A DNA stretch of 64,000 nucleotides from a virus (Duplodnaviria; Heunggongvirae; Uroviricota; Caudoviricetes), in the IMG/VR virus record IMGVR_UViG_3300003323_000621, positions 8,153 through 72,152 of that record; one strand, given 5' to 3'. Numbering within the stretch: the stretch's first letter is position 1; every line of letters begins with the position of its first letter. The notes below the pieces were generated by a model. The model had not been told where the DNA came from. It was given only the letters and a program-made list of their open reading frames with translations, and made no database searches. The position numbers and the translations under genes were made by a program. Positions 45,096-56,029 of this stretch are shown here, piece by piece.

Positions 45096-45338
45096 ATGAA
45101 TAGATTAGGATTTGGTATTGTATCACCATTTAGTGGATCTTTTGAGGAAGATGTACTTTCTCTAAGTATGGAAAATTATATTCCTAAAATTGAAGATTTT
45201 TTATTTACTATTGGAGAACATCCAGATATAGTTGAAATAGATACACATCCTACAGTAATAAAGGAATGTTTTACTGGAACTGAATTAAAACAAGTACTTG
45301 AAAAGAATGGATTCAAGATTACCATTGAAAAATTATAA
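45096..45338 (+). CDS. hypothetical protein
   Basis: Start moved to the internal Met (MNRLGFGIV) because the 5' part of the ORF-track call (45033) overlaps tRNA-Trp. Confidence 0.45.
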   Translation: MNRLGFGIVSPFSGSFEEDVLSLSMENYIPKIEDFLFTIGEHPDIVEIDTHPTVIKECFTGTELKQVLEKNGFKITIEKL

Positions 45339-45581
45339 TTGACAAAGATGAGTAAAATAAACCATGGAGAGGAGTTAATAAAAGTGCTTACAAGGCTTAA
45401 TAAGCAATACCCTAATCAACCAATAGGACAGCATTTAGCAATTGCATTAGCAGATTATCCTGCTATAGATATTTCTAATAAAGAAATGTTATATGCATTA
45501 TCTAAATATGAGCAAGAATTAGAACTTGGAGAAAGTTTTAATAATAGATATGATGAAGATTTTGGAGAACAATATGATTAA
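45339..45581 (+). CDS. hypothetical protein (80 aa)
   Basis: ORF track. Confidence 0.45.
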   Translation: MTKMSKINHGEELIKVLTRLNKQYPNQPIGQHLAIALADYPAIDISNKEMLYALSKYEQELELGESFNNRYDEDFGEQYD

Positions 45582-45583
45582 TT

Positions 45584-45790
45584 ATGGAAAATGATAAATA
45601 CTTAGAATCTTTACATAATAAATGTAAGGAAATAGAAGATAGAGTAAGTAATGGGGAAGTGATTTCTTTTGTAGAAAGAATGAAACCTTGGTCAGATCTT
45701 TATCATTATTTGATGACAGAAAGTGGAACTTACATTGATGAGAATGGTAATATACAATATTTAGAATATGGCAGTAAGAAAAAAGGATAA
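45584..45790 (+). CDS. hypothetical protein (68 aa)
   Basis: ORF track. Confidence 0.45.
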   Translation: MENDKYLESLHNKCKEIEDRVSNGEVISFVERMKPWSDLYHYLMTESGTYIDENGNIQYLEYGSKKKG

Positions 45791-46049
45791 TCCAATAGCA
45801 CTTCCATTACAAGAATATGAATCTAAAATATTAGAGTTACAGGAATATCTTAAAAAAACTCCTGTTAAAACTATACAAGATCCTCATGAAAGACATGATG
45901 AAATTAAAGTTCAAGTACTTATTATGAAGGAACTTCCTTCTATGTTAAAAGAATTAAAAACTCTTTTAATAATGGAAGAAGAACAAAAGGATAAAGATAA
46001 TGTAAGAGGGGATGTAGAATTATCTCCTTTAGAAAGAGGACTAATATAA
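45768..46049 (+). CDS. hypothetical protein (93 aa); position is compatible with a small terminase subunit or packaging accessory
   Basis: Immediately upstream of the large terminase; no motif recognised. Confidence 0.4.
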   Translation: MAVRKKDNPIALPLQEYESKILELQEYLKKTPVKTIQDPHERHDEIKVQVLIMKELPSMLKELKTLLIMEEEQKDKDNVRGDVELSPLERGLI

Positions 46050-46055
46050 TTACAT

Positions 46056-48158
46056 ATGGCTACTAAACAGACTAGAGAAACATATCAAAGAAATACAAAG
46101 AATATTTGGTTTCCTTATCAAAAAGAACCTAATGCAATTCTAGAGCATGATTTGTTTGTAGCTTATTGGCAGCAAGAAAAGGATAGATGTTTAAATGGGT
46201 TTTATCTAGCTAATGGACAAGTATATATTTCTGGTTGGTTATATTGGCATACAGTATATTGGTCTATTGAATTATCCACTACTATAAATGGAAAGGATTA
46301 TAAGACAGTAGGAACACCAACTTTTAGAGATACTGATTGGGAAATGAGTATTAATAAAGAAGAGGCAGAAAAACAAAAAAGAATTATAGAATTAGTAGGT
46401 GCTCGTGGATTTGGTAAAACTGTATGGGATGCTAGTATAGCTGGGTATTATTATACATTTTTTGATGATCTTGAAATATGTATATCTGGAGCCTATGCTA
46501 ATGATATTAAGATAGTTACTGATAAAATAGAAACAGGATTAACCAATTTACATCCAGTCTTTAGAAAGCAAAGACTCCAATCTAATTGGAAGATGGAAGT
46601 TAGAGCTGGGTTTAAAGATAAGAAAACTGGATCACCTTCAGATGAATCTTCTAATTCAAGAATAGTAATTAGAAATTTTGAAGAGGGAAATAATACTATG
46701 GCTTGTAATGGTTTAAGACCTAAATTTCATGTTATAGATGAGATAGGTAAGATTAGAAATCTTAAACCTTGTGTACTTGATACAGTTCCTTGTTGGATAA
46801 ATGAAAAGACAGGGGATTATATGGCTGTAGTGATATTATCAGGTACAGGTGGTGATATGGAAGTTGGACAAGATGCTGGAGAAATATTTTTTAATCCTGG
46901 TGAATGGAATATACTTGAGTTTGATGATGTATGGGAAAATAGAGGAAAGATAGGTTGGTTTATGCCAGCTACTAAAGCTTTATCTAAGTTTAAAGATCCT
47001 AAGAAGTTATCTGAGTTTCTTGGTATAAAACATGCAGATTTAGATAATATAGATATATTAGTTTCTAATGAAGAAAAAGTAATTGAAGAATTTATTAAAC
47101 CAAGAAGAAAAAAAGCTGAAAAAGCAGGTCAAGCAGCTTTAACTAAAGAAAAAGCATATTATCCTTTAACTCCATCAGAATCTTTTTTAGTAATATCACA
47201 AAATCCATTTAATACAGATAATGCTAAACATCAGCAAATCAGATTAAAAGAAAATGGAATAAAAGGTATTCCAGTAAAGATAATTCATGATGGAACTAAG
47301 CTTATACATGAAGTATCTCACAAACAAATAATAGAAAAGTTTCCATCTAGATCAGGAGATATGTTAGATGCTCCTATTATGATGTATGAACCTCCAATAA
47401 CTAATCCCCCATGGGGGTTATATGTAGCAGGGATTGACCCTTATAACCAAGAAGATGCAGTAGCTTCAGATTCTTTAGGAGCATGTTATATATTTAAAAG
47501 GATACATAGTATATCATCTGAATTATACCAGGATATGATAGTTGCTTCTTATGTAGCAAGACCTGATAGTATATTTGATTGGTATGAGAATGTAAGAAAC
47601 ATGTTAAAATATTATAATGCTATTGCTCTATGTGAAAATGAGAATGTAGGGTTCATTCAGTATATGAAGTTAAAAAATGATGATTATCTTTTAGCTAATC
47701 AACCAGACTGGTTAAAAGAAATTCATCCTAATTCAGATGTTGATAGAAAGAAAGGATTACATGTTACTCCCAAAATAAGACAATATTTAAATACTAATTT
47801 AAAGGCTTATTTAGATGAAGTAATTAATGAAGTAAAAGATCCAAAAACAGGGAGTATAATAAGTTCTCAATTAGGTATTCATAAAGTTATTGATCCCATT
47901 TTACTAGAGGAAATTATAAAATATAATTCCACAGGTAACTTTGATAGAATTGTAGCAGCATCACTTGCTATAACTTATGCCAGATCATTAGATCCTATGA
48001 TTAAAACTTCTAGAGGAGATGAAATAGACTCTAGATATAAATCTTATTTTAACAAAGAAAGAAAAATAGGTGGATCTTCTATGTTTGATAGAGACTTTAA
48101 GATGAGAAATTTTGGAAGTACTAAGAATAGTAAGTTAAAAAATAAAATATTTCTATAA
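46056..48158 (+). CDS. terL: terminase large subunit
   Basis: ATPase Walker A VGARGFGKT and Walker B HVIDEIG; C-terminal RNase-H-like nuclease region with GIDPYNQEDAVASD acidic residues; 700 aa, directly upstream of a portal-sized gene. Confidence 0.8.
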   Translation: MATKQTRETYQRNTKNIWFPYQKEPNAILEHDLFVAYWQQEKDRCLNGFYLANGQVYISGWLYWHTVYWSIELSTTINGKDYKTVGTPTFRDTDWEMSINKEEAEKQKRIIELVGARGFGKTVWDASIAGYYYTFFDDLEICISGAYANDIKIVTDKIETGLTNLHPVFRKQRLQSNWKMEVRAGFKDKKTGSPSDESSNSRIVIRNFEEGNNTMACNGLRPKFHVIDEIGKIRNLKPCVLDTVPCWINEKTGDYMAVVILSGTGGDMEVGQDAGEIFFNPGEWNILEFDDVWENRGKIGWFMPATKALSKFKDPKKLSEFLGIKHADLDNIDILVSNEEKVIEEFIKPRRKKAEKAGQAALTKEKAYYPLTPSESFLVISQNPFNTDNAKHQQIRLKENGIKGIPVKIIHDGTKLIHEVSHKQIIEKFPSRSGDMLDAPIMMYEPPITNPPWGLYVAGIDPYNQEDAVASDSLGACYIFKRIHSISSELYQDMIVASYVARPDSIFDWYENVRNMLKYYNAIALCENENVGFIQYMKLKNDDYLLANQPDWLKEIHPNSDVDRKKGLHVTPKIRQYLNTNLKAYLDEVINEVKDPKTGSIISSQLGIHKVIDPILLEEIIKYNSTGNFDRIVAASLAITYARSLDPMIKTSRGDEIDSRYKSYFNKERKIGGSSMFDRDFKMRNFGSTKNSKLKNKIFL

Positions 48159-50776
48159 TGGCCATTATATCAAATGCCAAAGGTTACACTAATGATGTTT
48201 ATTTAAATTTATTTCCTGATCAATATGTTTCTGAAAAAGAGAAACAAACTGAATTATGGATTAAAACAAATATGGATTATTTTAGTAATGTTGCCTATCA
48301 ACAATATTATAATAATTCTACTACATTTGTTGGAAACTATAATTTACTTAAGGGAATAATAAATAGATCTGATTTCTATGAAATGCCAGAAGTTCAATCT
48401 TTTATGGATACCCTTGAAAAGGATATGAAACTTCCAGAATATGTAAAACATTATTCTATACTTAATTCTCCAATTAATACTTTAGTAGGAGAATCTTCAA
48501 GAAGACCAGATAATGTAAGAGTAAGGGCAATGGATGATGATTCAAAAGCTGAACAACTACAGTATAATACACAGATGTTACAGCAATATTTACAACAAAT
48601 TATCCTAACTAAAATTAAATCACAATTAGCCCAACAAGGTATAGACATTGAAGATGAAGAATTTAGTGATCAAATACAACAAATAACTCTTGAACAACTT
48701 CAGGAGAATATGAAAAATTATACTTCCATGGCAGAGTCATGGGGTAATCATATACTTGAAGCATTAAAAGTTGGGTTTAATATAAAGGAAAAGTCAGAAG
48801 AAGCTTTTAGGGATTTATTAGTTTGTGCAAGGGAGCATTTTCATATTTATGAAGATAATTCTCCAATGGGTTTTGGTTGTGAAGTACTTAATCCAAAGAA
48901 TGTATGGTCTTTAACTACACCAGATAAAAAGTATACCAGAGATGCATTTGCATCAGGATATATAATGTTAATGGAATTATCTGAAGTGTTAGATAAGTTT
49001 AATTTAACACAGGAGGAAGTAGATCATTTAAGAAAAGGGTTAAGAGGGTATTATCAGTATGGTATTGCAAGAGAATCTAATCTTGTAAATGGAAATGCTC
49101 CTACAGGATCTAAATCTGTAACATATGATACTTATGATCCTTTAGTAGAACAACAAAGACAATTCATTGAATCTCAATTACAATCTAATAATATTCAGTT
49201 AGAAAACTATCTTGGTATTGGACAGAATAATATTATGAATTCTTTTGGTACTAAAGTAGTAGTTACTCAAGCTTATTGGAAATCAAAAAGAAAAGTGGGT
49301 AAACTTACTTATTTAGATCCAGAAACTAATTCTGAACAAACAGTTTTAGTTTCAGAAGATTATAAGAAAATACCTGGAGAAATTGATATTGAATGGGGAT
49401 ATATTAATCAATGGTGGAAAGGTACTAAAATAGGACAGGATGTATATATTAATGTAGAACCATTTAATTTATTTAACTATAATCCAATTATAGGAGTAAC
49501 TCATGAAATTAAGAATACTGAAGCAAGATCTTTAGTAGATCTTATGAAACCTTTTCAGGTTATTTATAATGTTTGTATGAATAAACTTTATAGATTACTT
49601 GAAAAAGATTTTGGTAAAGTGATACTTACATCAATAAGACATTTACCTAAATTAAAAGATCAGGATGAAAGTGATGCTATTGAACAATGGGAATTAATGG
49701 CAAAGGAAAAAGGTATCATTTTTATAGATGATTCTCCTGAAAACTTAGAAGCACCATCTTCTTTTAATCAGCATGCTGCAGTAGACTTATCAAGAACAGC
49801 TGAAATTCAAGGATATTATAATTTAGCTGCTCAAATTAAACAAGAATGTTGGGAATTGGTAGGTATTACAAGACAAAGAACAGGACAAATTGCAGCATCA
49901 GAAACAGCTACTGCTACTAATACTGCATTATCTCAATCATATACTCAAACAGAACCATATTTTGTTCAGCATGAGTATGTAATGAATCAATTTTATCAAG
50001 CATTATTAGATGCTGCTCAATATATTGAAGTTCAAAAACCTCAATCTACTGTATCTTATATAAATAATATAGGTGAACAAGCTTTTATTCAAGTAAATCA
50101 AGCAGATATAAAGCTTAAAGACTTACAGGTATTTGCTACTTCAAGAGTAGAAGATCAAAGGATCTTTAATGAATTAAGACAGTTAGCTCAACCTATGTTA
50201 CAAAATGGAGCTAGTATATATGATGTTTCTATGTTATATGCTACTAACTCTATTAGACAAATGCAACAAACATTTAAGATTCTTAAAGATAAACAAGATC
50301 AATTCCAGGCTCAACAACAACAAATAGAGCAACAACAATTACAACAACAACAAGAACAATTTGAAGCTGCACAAGCTCAGGCTTATCAAGATAAACTTGA
50401 AGATAGAGCTAATGAAAACTATAATAAAGAGCTTGATAGAATAAATGAGAAAGAAGTAGCAATAATTAAATCTCTTGGATTTGGTAAAGTACAAGGGGAA
50501 GATTTAAATGCAAATGGTACTCCTGATATAATGGAAAGTGCCAGATTAACTCTTGATACTACTACAGCTCAAAGAAACCATGATATTGAAATTCAAAGGT
50601 TACAGCTTGAAAGACAAAAGGCTTTAGATGCTAGAAATAAAGATATTATGGATGCAAAAAGTCAGGAAGAAGATAGAAAAGTAGCTAGAGAAAATATGAA
50701 AAATGATCTCCAAATAGCTAAAGAAAATGCTAAAGGAAGAGCAAAAAAAGCAGCAGCAACTAAAAAGAAAAAATAA
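48158..50776 (+). CDS. portal protein (candidate) with Gln-rich coiled C-terminal tail
   Basis: 872-aa gene whose start overlaps the terL stop (ATGA), the canonical portal position; C-terminal QQQQIEQQQLQQQQEQFEAAQAQ low-complexity segment. Confidence 0.55.
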   Translation: MAIISNAKGYTNDVYLNLFPDQYVSEKEKQTELWIKTNMDYFSNVAYQQYYNNSTTFVGNYNLLKGIINRSDFYEMPEVQSFMDTLEKDMKLPEYVKHYSILNSPINTLVGESSRRPDNVRVRAMDDDSKAEQLQYNTQMLQQYLQQIILTKIKSQLAQQGIDIEDEEFSDQIQQITLEQLQENMKNYTSMAESWGNHILEALKVGFNIKEKSEEAFRDLLVCAREHFHIYEDNSPMGFGCEVLNPKNVWSLTTPDKKYTRDAFASGYIMLMELSEVLDKFNLTQEEVDHLRKGLRGYYQYGIARESNLVNGNAPTGSKSVTYDTYDPLVEQQRQFIESQLQSNNIQLENYLGIGQNNIMNSFGTKVVVTQAYWKSKRKVGKLTYLDPETNSEQTVLVSEDYKKIPGEIDIEWGYINQWWKGTKIGQDVYINVEPFNLFNYNPIIGVTHEIKNTEARSLVDLMKPFQVIYNVCMNKLYRLLEKDFGKVILTSIRHLPKLKDQDESDAIEQWELMAKEKGIIFIDDSPENLEAPSSFNQHAAVDLSRTAEIQGYYNLAAQIKQECWELVGITRQRTGQIAASETATATNTALSQSYTQTEPYFVQHEYVMNQFYQALLDAAQYIEVQKPQSTVSYINNIGEQAFIQVNQADIKLKDLQVFATSRVEDQRIFNELRQLAQPMLQNGASIYDVSMLYATNSIRQMQQTFKILKDKQDQFQAQQQQIEQQQLQQQQEQFEAAQAQAYQDKLEDRANENYNKELDRINEKEVAIIKSLGFGKVQGEDLNANGTPDIMESARLTLDTTTAQRNHDIEIQRLQLERQKALDARNKDIMDAKSQEEDRKVARENMKNDLQIAKENAKGRAKKAAATKKKK

Positions 50777-50794
50777 CATCAAAAACCATAAGAT

Positions 50795-51130
50795 ATGTTA
50801 CTTACATTTAAAGCAAGAGTTAAGTTGATTTCTGAAGATGAGATGGAAATTGATAATGAAGGGATGAATATAAAATTTGAGGGAAAATGGGTATGGAGAA
50901 TGGTTTCCATACCCTATTCTGATATTTTTAGAATTGTACAGTATTCTAAAGATAAAACCCTTATATATCTTTATGGATTTGAAGAATCTCCAGAATTTCT
51001 TTTAGTATGGGAAGATTTTCAATCTGTAAATATGAAATGGAAAGCTTGTAAAACAGCAGAGTTATGTGAGGATAGTTCAACAGACAAAACATTAGATGAA
51101 GATATTAGTGAAGAAAATGATGAGGAATAA
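50795..51130 (+). CDS. hypothetical protein (111 aa)
   Basis: ORF track. Confidence 0.45.
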   Translation: MLLTFKARVKLISEDEMEIDNEGMNIKFEGKWVWRMVSIPYSDIFRIVQYSKDKTLIYLYGFEESPEFLLVWEDFQSVNMKWKACKTAELCEDSSTDKTLDEDISEENDEE

Positions 51131-51265
51131 AAAGTTAATGCTATATTAATACAAAAAATCTTACTAAAAGTATAAAATTTATTTTGTTTGTATTGATAAT
51201 CAATTTAATTTTACATTAATATATCAAAAAAGGGACATAGATAAAAACCAGAAAATAATTACATC

Positions 51266-52597
51266 ATGGCAGATAATAAATTTGAAAGACAATTTGAGGG
51301 TGATTCTCAAGAGATCTCATTATCAGAAAGAGATTTTGCTGATGATCTTGGTATGTTTGGAGTAGAAGATGCTAAAACTCTTGGAAAGAGTAAATTAGAT
51401 GAGTTTTTAAATTCTAATCCTTCATCAAACATTGATACTACTAAGATAACTAAGGTAGATGAAAATGATAATGAACCTTCTAATTCTAATGACAAATCAA
51501 AAAAGACTGATACTACAGTAGATAAGAATAGAAATAGAGAGTTAGATGAAGAAGAAAAGGAAAGAAAAGAAAGAGAGAAAACTAAAGCTCTCAATTCCTG
51601 GTTAAATGATGATGAAGAAGATCTTGATGAGAGTAATAATGATAGTGATGAAAATGAATCTAAAAAGTCTGCTACTAAACAAGTAGATAAAGACAAAGAT
51701 AAAGATACAAAACCTACTGATTCAGAAGATGAGACTTTTTCTATCTTATCTAAGGATTTATTTAGATTAGGTGTATTTAGTGCTGATGATGAAGATGAAC
51801 CAGAGATCAAAACTGGTGAAGAGTTCTTAGAAAGATTTCAGTTTGAGGCTGAAAAAAGAGCCAATGACATATTGGAAAACTTTATAAATAGATATGGTGA
51901 AGAGCATAGAAATATGTTTGAAAGTGTGTTTATTAAAGGAGTAGATCCAAAGACTTACCTAAGTTCTTTCAATAAAATTGATAATTTTAAGGATTTGGAT
52001 ATATCCAAACCAGATATACAAGAAAAAATATTCTTTGAATATTACAGAGATCAAGGACTTTCAGAGGAAAGAATTGCTAAAAAGTTTGAAAGATCAAAAG
52101 ATCTTGGTGAATTAACAGAGGATGTTAAAGATATGCATGAGTTACTTCTTGCTAAAGAAGAAAAGAATCTTGTTAAATTAGAACAGGAAAAGCAAGAGGA
52201 ACTTAATAGAAAGACACAAAGGGAAAAACTTTATCAGCAAAATATAGGTTCTATTTTACAGAACAAATTAAAAGCTGGTGATTTTGATGGAATTCCTGTA
52301 ACACAGAAAGAGGCTCAAGATACATATAGCTATATGACACAAAAACCATATAGACTTCCAAATGGAGAGCTTATTACTGAAATGCACAAAGATTGGCTGG
52401 AATTAGATAGACCAGAAAATCATGAATTAAAAGTAAAAGTTGCATTGTTACTAAAAAATAAAATGGATCTGTCAAAAGTAGTTAAAAAAGCAATTAGTAA
52501 AAACACTAATGGTTTGTGGTCAGACTTAACAGGAAAAAATAATAAAAATAGATCTGAGGATAAATCTCCAACAAAAAGATCAACATTTTTTGAATAA
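51266..52597 (+). CDS. highly charged protein, candidate scaffolding protein
   Basis: Asp/Glu/Lys-rich, predicted helical and disordered (EEEKERKEREKTKAL..., DEDEPEIKTGEEF...); lies between portal and major capsid genes. Confidence 0.4.
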   Translation: MADNKFERQFEGDSQEISLSERDFADDLGMFGVEDAKTLGKSKLDEFLNSNPSSNIDTTKITKVDENDNEPSNSNDKSKKTDTTVDKNRNRELDEEEKERKEREKTKALNSWLNDDEEDLDESNNDSDENESKKSATKQVDKDKDKDTKPTDSEDETFSILSKDLFRLGVFSADDEDEPEIKTGEEFLERFQFEAEKRANDILENFINRYGEEHRNMFESVFIKGVDPKTYLSSFNKIDNFKDLDISKPDIQEKIFFEYYRDQGLSEERIAKKFERSKDLGELTEDVKDMHELLLAKEEKNLVKLEQEKQEELNRKTQREKLYQQNIGSILQNKLKAGDFDGIPVTQKEAQDTYSYMTQKPYRLPNGELITEMHKDWLELDRPENHELKVKVALLLKNKMDLSKVVKKAISKNTNGLWSDLTGKNNKNRSEDKSPTKRSTFFE

Positions 52598-52635
52598 AAA
52601 ACAAATTCAATCTCTAATTTAAACTTATAGAAAAA

Positions 52636-54186
52636 ATGGCTTTACAAACAATACAAGGTTTTACTGGGTTTGCTGCCACAAGAGTATCTTCTTTGGATAG
52701 AAGAGCAATTGGTAAACTTACAGATTCAAACCACTTGGAGTCCTTGCACATGACTGAACCTTCAGACTATGATAAGAAAATTATCAGTTTGTATAGTCAG
52801 ACTTCACTTTATTCCAATGATTTCTTGCAAATGTTGGACAAGAGTACTCCATATTACATTACTGGAAACTCTGATTTCTTCAAATGGGATATTCAGGTTC
52901 CTTATCAATTCCCTAAAGTTATTGAAGTACCAACAGCAACAGCTAACTTAACTAAGCCTGGTATTGATGGTCAAGAATTTACTTTAGTATTTGATAGAGA
53001 TGAGTTTGTTAAAGGTGATGTTATTTCTTCTCAAAAATATGAATTGTCTACACCTTTAGTAGTTGTTAAAGATCCAGTTCCTTATAATTCTGGTTTCTTA
53101 TATACTGTTACTATAGTATCTAATAATCCTAAAGTAGACTTTGTACAATCTAAGTTCTTCCAACCAGGAGTTGAATTTGAATTAATCCACAACCATGTTG
53201 GTGAGTTCACTCAAGATCTTTCTGGTTTACCATATATGGGAGATAAGATTACCCTCTATGAAGCATTAGGTGCTGGCTTTGGTGTAGAACATACTATTAC
53301 TAAATGGGCTGATGCTAGAATGTTAAGAGATGGTAATGGTAATCCTCTTGATGTAATGGTATATGGTAAAGTTGGTAGAAATCAACTTCCTGAAAAAATG
53401 AACATGGATGTAAGGTGGGAACCTTATGTAGAGTTCTTGATGAGGAAGAAGATGATGGATATGAAAACTAATTACATGATTTTTGGTAGACCTGGTTCTG
53501 CAAAAGACAATGGTTCTAAGCAAAATATTCATAAAATTAGTTCTGGTATTTATCACAAAATGTTAAATAATGGTCAGGCTGCTTTCTACAATAGAGGTCA
53601 GTTCTCCATTTCTTTCTTAAGAGATATTTTTGGTGATATTTTCTACAGAAGAGTAGATATTAAAGATAGAAAGGTTAAGATATATACTAATGAGGCTGGT
53701 TTTGAAGTATTCAAAACTGCTGCTAAAAATGATCTTTTAAATTCTGGTTTAACAGTTATTGCTGATAATAGATTTATTCAGGGATCTGGTCAAAACATGA
53801 CTGTTAGTTATGCATTTGAAAGTATAATTACTTCTGATACTGGTAGAATTGATTTAGTACACTTAAGACAATTAGACCTTCCAAATACTAACTTAGAGTT
53901 TGGTCAGAATAAAAAATCTACTCCTATATTCTTTGTGTTTGATGTATCACCTCAAGGTGATGGTACACTTCAAAATAATATCAGAGAAGTAAGAATGAAA
54001 TCTCAACCTTCTATGACTTGGGGTTATGTAGATGGTAGAGCACATCACTTAGGTTTTGCTAAATCTCAAGGTATGAGTTCTGCTAATAAATTCCCTGGTT
54101 ATTTAGTATGGATGGAAGATAGATGTGATGTATTTATTGAGGATCTTTCAAGATGTTTTGTAATTAAGGAAAATCCTTCATTCTAA
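52636..54186 (+). CDS. major capsid protein (candidate)
   Basis: 516 aa, immediately after the scaffold-like gene in the head module; followed by a GC-containing intergenic stem. Confidence 0.5.
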   Translation: MALQTIQGFTGFAATRVSSLDRRAIGKLTDSNHLESLHMTEPSDYDKKIISLYSQTSLYSNDFLQMLDKSTPYYITGNSDFFKWDIQVPYQFPKVIEVPTATANLTKPGIDGQEFTLVFDRDEFVKGDVISSQKYELSTPLVVVKDPVPYNSGFLYTVTIVSNNPKVDFVQSKFFQPGVEFELIHNHVGEFTQDLSGLPYMGDKITLYEALGAGFGVEHTITKWADARMLRDGNGNPLDVMVYGKVGRNQLPEKMNMDVRWEPYVEFLMRKKMMDMKTNYMIFGRPGSAKDNGSKQNIHKISSGIYHKMLNNGQAAFYNRGQFSISFLRDIFGDIFYRRVDIKDRKVKIYTNEAGFEVFKTAAKNDLLNSGLTVIADNRFIQGSGQNMTVSYAFESIITSDTGRIDLVHLRQLDLPNTNLEFGQNKKSTPIFFVFDVSPQGDGTLQNNIREVRMKSQPSMTWGYVDGRAHHLGFAKSQGMSSANKFPGYLVWMEDRCDVFIEDLSRCFVIKENPSF

Positions 54187-54320
54187 TAAATTCCTTTCTG
54201 TTTAGTTATACACAAACTAAACAACTGTAATACAAACAGTTTAACATAACTTGGACAATTGTCTAAATCTTTTGTCCAAGTTTCGTTTATTATAAAAAAC
54301 CAAAAAATAAAAATTACATT

Positions 54321-55277
54321 ATGGGTAAAGCAGGTAAAATTTCTATTATCAAGAAAGAGTATAATAAAAATTCAGGCTCTTTAGAAGCTACTTTAGCAGC
54401 TAATGGTTATCAAAGATTTCCTAGAACAGGTTTATGGCTGGAAGTATATTGTGAACCTAATGGTTCTTATAGAACTGGATTAGATGAAAATGCTGCTTAT
54501 ATTGCAAAACTTCCTACTGAAGAACAAAGGGTAGCAGAAAGAGCAAGAGTAAAAGAGCTTAGAGAAACTTTAGAAGCTGAGGCTGGTGGAGTAGACTTAG
54601 GTCCAAGATCAGATTACTATGTTAAAAGAAATGATGATAGATTACAATTTAGGGCAAGACCAGTAAAATTAGTAGAGGGAGATAATATGTTTCCTCTTGA
54701 TAATATTGAAGCTGCAATTACTTTTGCATGGTTGAGAGTACATCCTATGGTAGCTTCTAGTTATCAGGCATATGAAAGAGGAGAATATCCTTCTAGTACT
54801 CAATTTTATGTTAATGATGAAAATATTGAAGAAGATATAGTATTCAAGAAAAAGTCAACAAAGAATAAAGCAATTAATATTCTTGAGACTATGAGTCTTG
54901 AAAAAAGAAAAAAAGTAGCAAGACTTTTAGGTTTACCAGTTTCTGATGACTCTAAAGAAAGTTTTGTATACAATCTTTTAGATAGTTGGTTAAATACTAA
55001 TGAAGTAAAAGATGGTGATTTTAAAGGTGGTTATCCTGTGGATGTTTTTCTACAAATAGCTAGTTATGATGAAAAATTACTCCATATTAAAGATCTTATT
55101 GATTTAGGAATAAAGCATTCTGTACTTAGACAAAAATCAGGAAGATTATATGATGGAGCTAATGAAGTTGCAAGGGATAAAGAGGAATATGTAAACTTCT
55201 TAATTTTAGATAAGAATCAGGAAGATCTTATTGCCCTTGAAACTAAAATTAGAGCAAAGAAGGCACTAATAGTATAA
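54321..55277 (+). CDS. hypothetical structural protein (318 aa)
   Basis: ORF track; head/tail module. Confidence 0.5.
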   Translation: MGKAGKISIIKKEYNKNSGSLEATLAANGYQRFPRTGLWLEVYCEPNGSYRTGLDENAAYIAKLPTEEQRVAERARVKELRETLEAEAGGVDLGPRSDYYVKRNDDRLQFRARPVKLVEGDNMFPLDNIEAAITFAWLRVHPMVASSYQAYERGEYPSSTQFYVNDENIEEDIVFKKKSTKNKAINILETMSLEKRKKVARLLGLPVSDDSKESFVYNLLDSWLNTNEVKDGDFKGGYPVDVFLQIASYDEKLLHIKDLIDLGIKHSVLRQKSGRLYDGANEVARDKEEYVNFLILDKNQEDLIALETKIRAKKALIV

Positions 55278-55281
55278 TAAT

Positions 55282-55995
55282 ATGATTCCTGTAATAGACT
55301 TGTTGTATGAAATTGATTTAAAACTCAATAAAGTAGCAACAAATGAGCATCAAATGATTCCTTTAGAGGATAAAATTATAGCACTCAATGAAGCTCAAAT
55401 ACAGTTAATCAAACAGAAGATAAGTGAAAATAATATTTATAAATTAGGATTAGATTCATTCAAAAAAAGATATGATGATCTGCAATTCTTAATAACTAAA
55501 GATACTATTCCACTATCTTCTACAAGTGAAGTAAAGAATCAATTTTCTGGTGATATTTCAAAGATGAACCCTAAATACATGTTTTATGTTGATGGGTTCA
55601 TTTTTGCTGATAGGGATAAGTGTAAAAATAGACTATTACATACTATCTTAATTCATCATGCAGATGTCTGGATATATTTAAATAATTCTTTGACAAAACC
55701 CAGTTTTGAATATCAAGAAACATTATGTACTATATCTAATGATAAATTTGAGGTATATTCAGATAGTACTTTTACTCCAGTTTCTGCAGAATTATTATAT
55801 ATAAGATACCCTGTTAGAATAGATGAAATAGGATATGAGAATTTTGATGGTTCTCTTTCTGTTCATAGAGATTGTGAATTACCTCTTCACTTAAAAGATG
55901 AATTAGTTGATTTAGCTGTACAAGAGTTAGCTATGAGTACTGAAAATAATATTGCTGCCCAATATTCTCAACAAAGAATAAGCAATAATGAATAA
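55282..55995 (+). CDS. hypothetical structural protein (237 aa)
   Basis: ORF track. Confidence 0.5.
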   Translation: MIPVIDLLYEIDLKLNKVATNEHQMIPLEDKIIALNEAQIQLIKQKISENNIYKLGLDSFKKRYDDLQFLITKDTIPLSSTSEVKNQFSGDISKMNPKYMFYVDGFIFADRDKCKNRLLHTILIHHADVWIYLNNSLTKPSFEYQETLCTISNDKFEVYSDSTFTPVSAELLYIRYPVRIDEIGYENFDGSLSVHRDCELPLHLKDELVDLAVQELAMSTENNIAAQYSQQRISNNE

Positions 55996-56029
55996 TAAAA
56001 TAGATTTCAAAAATTAAAATTTAGGAATA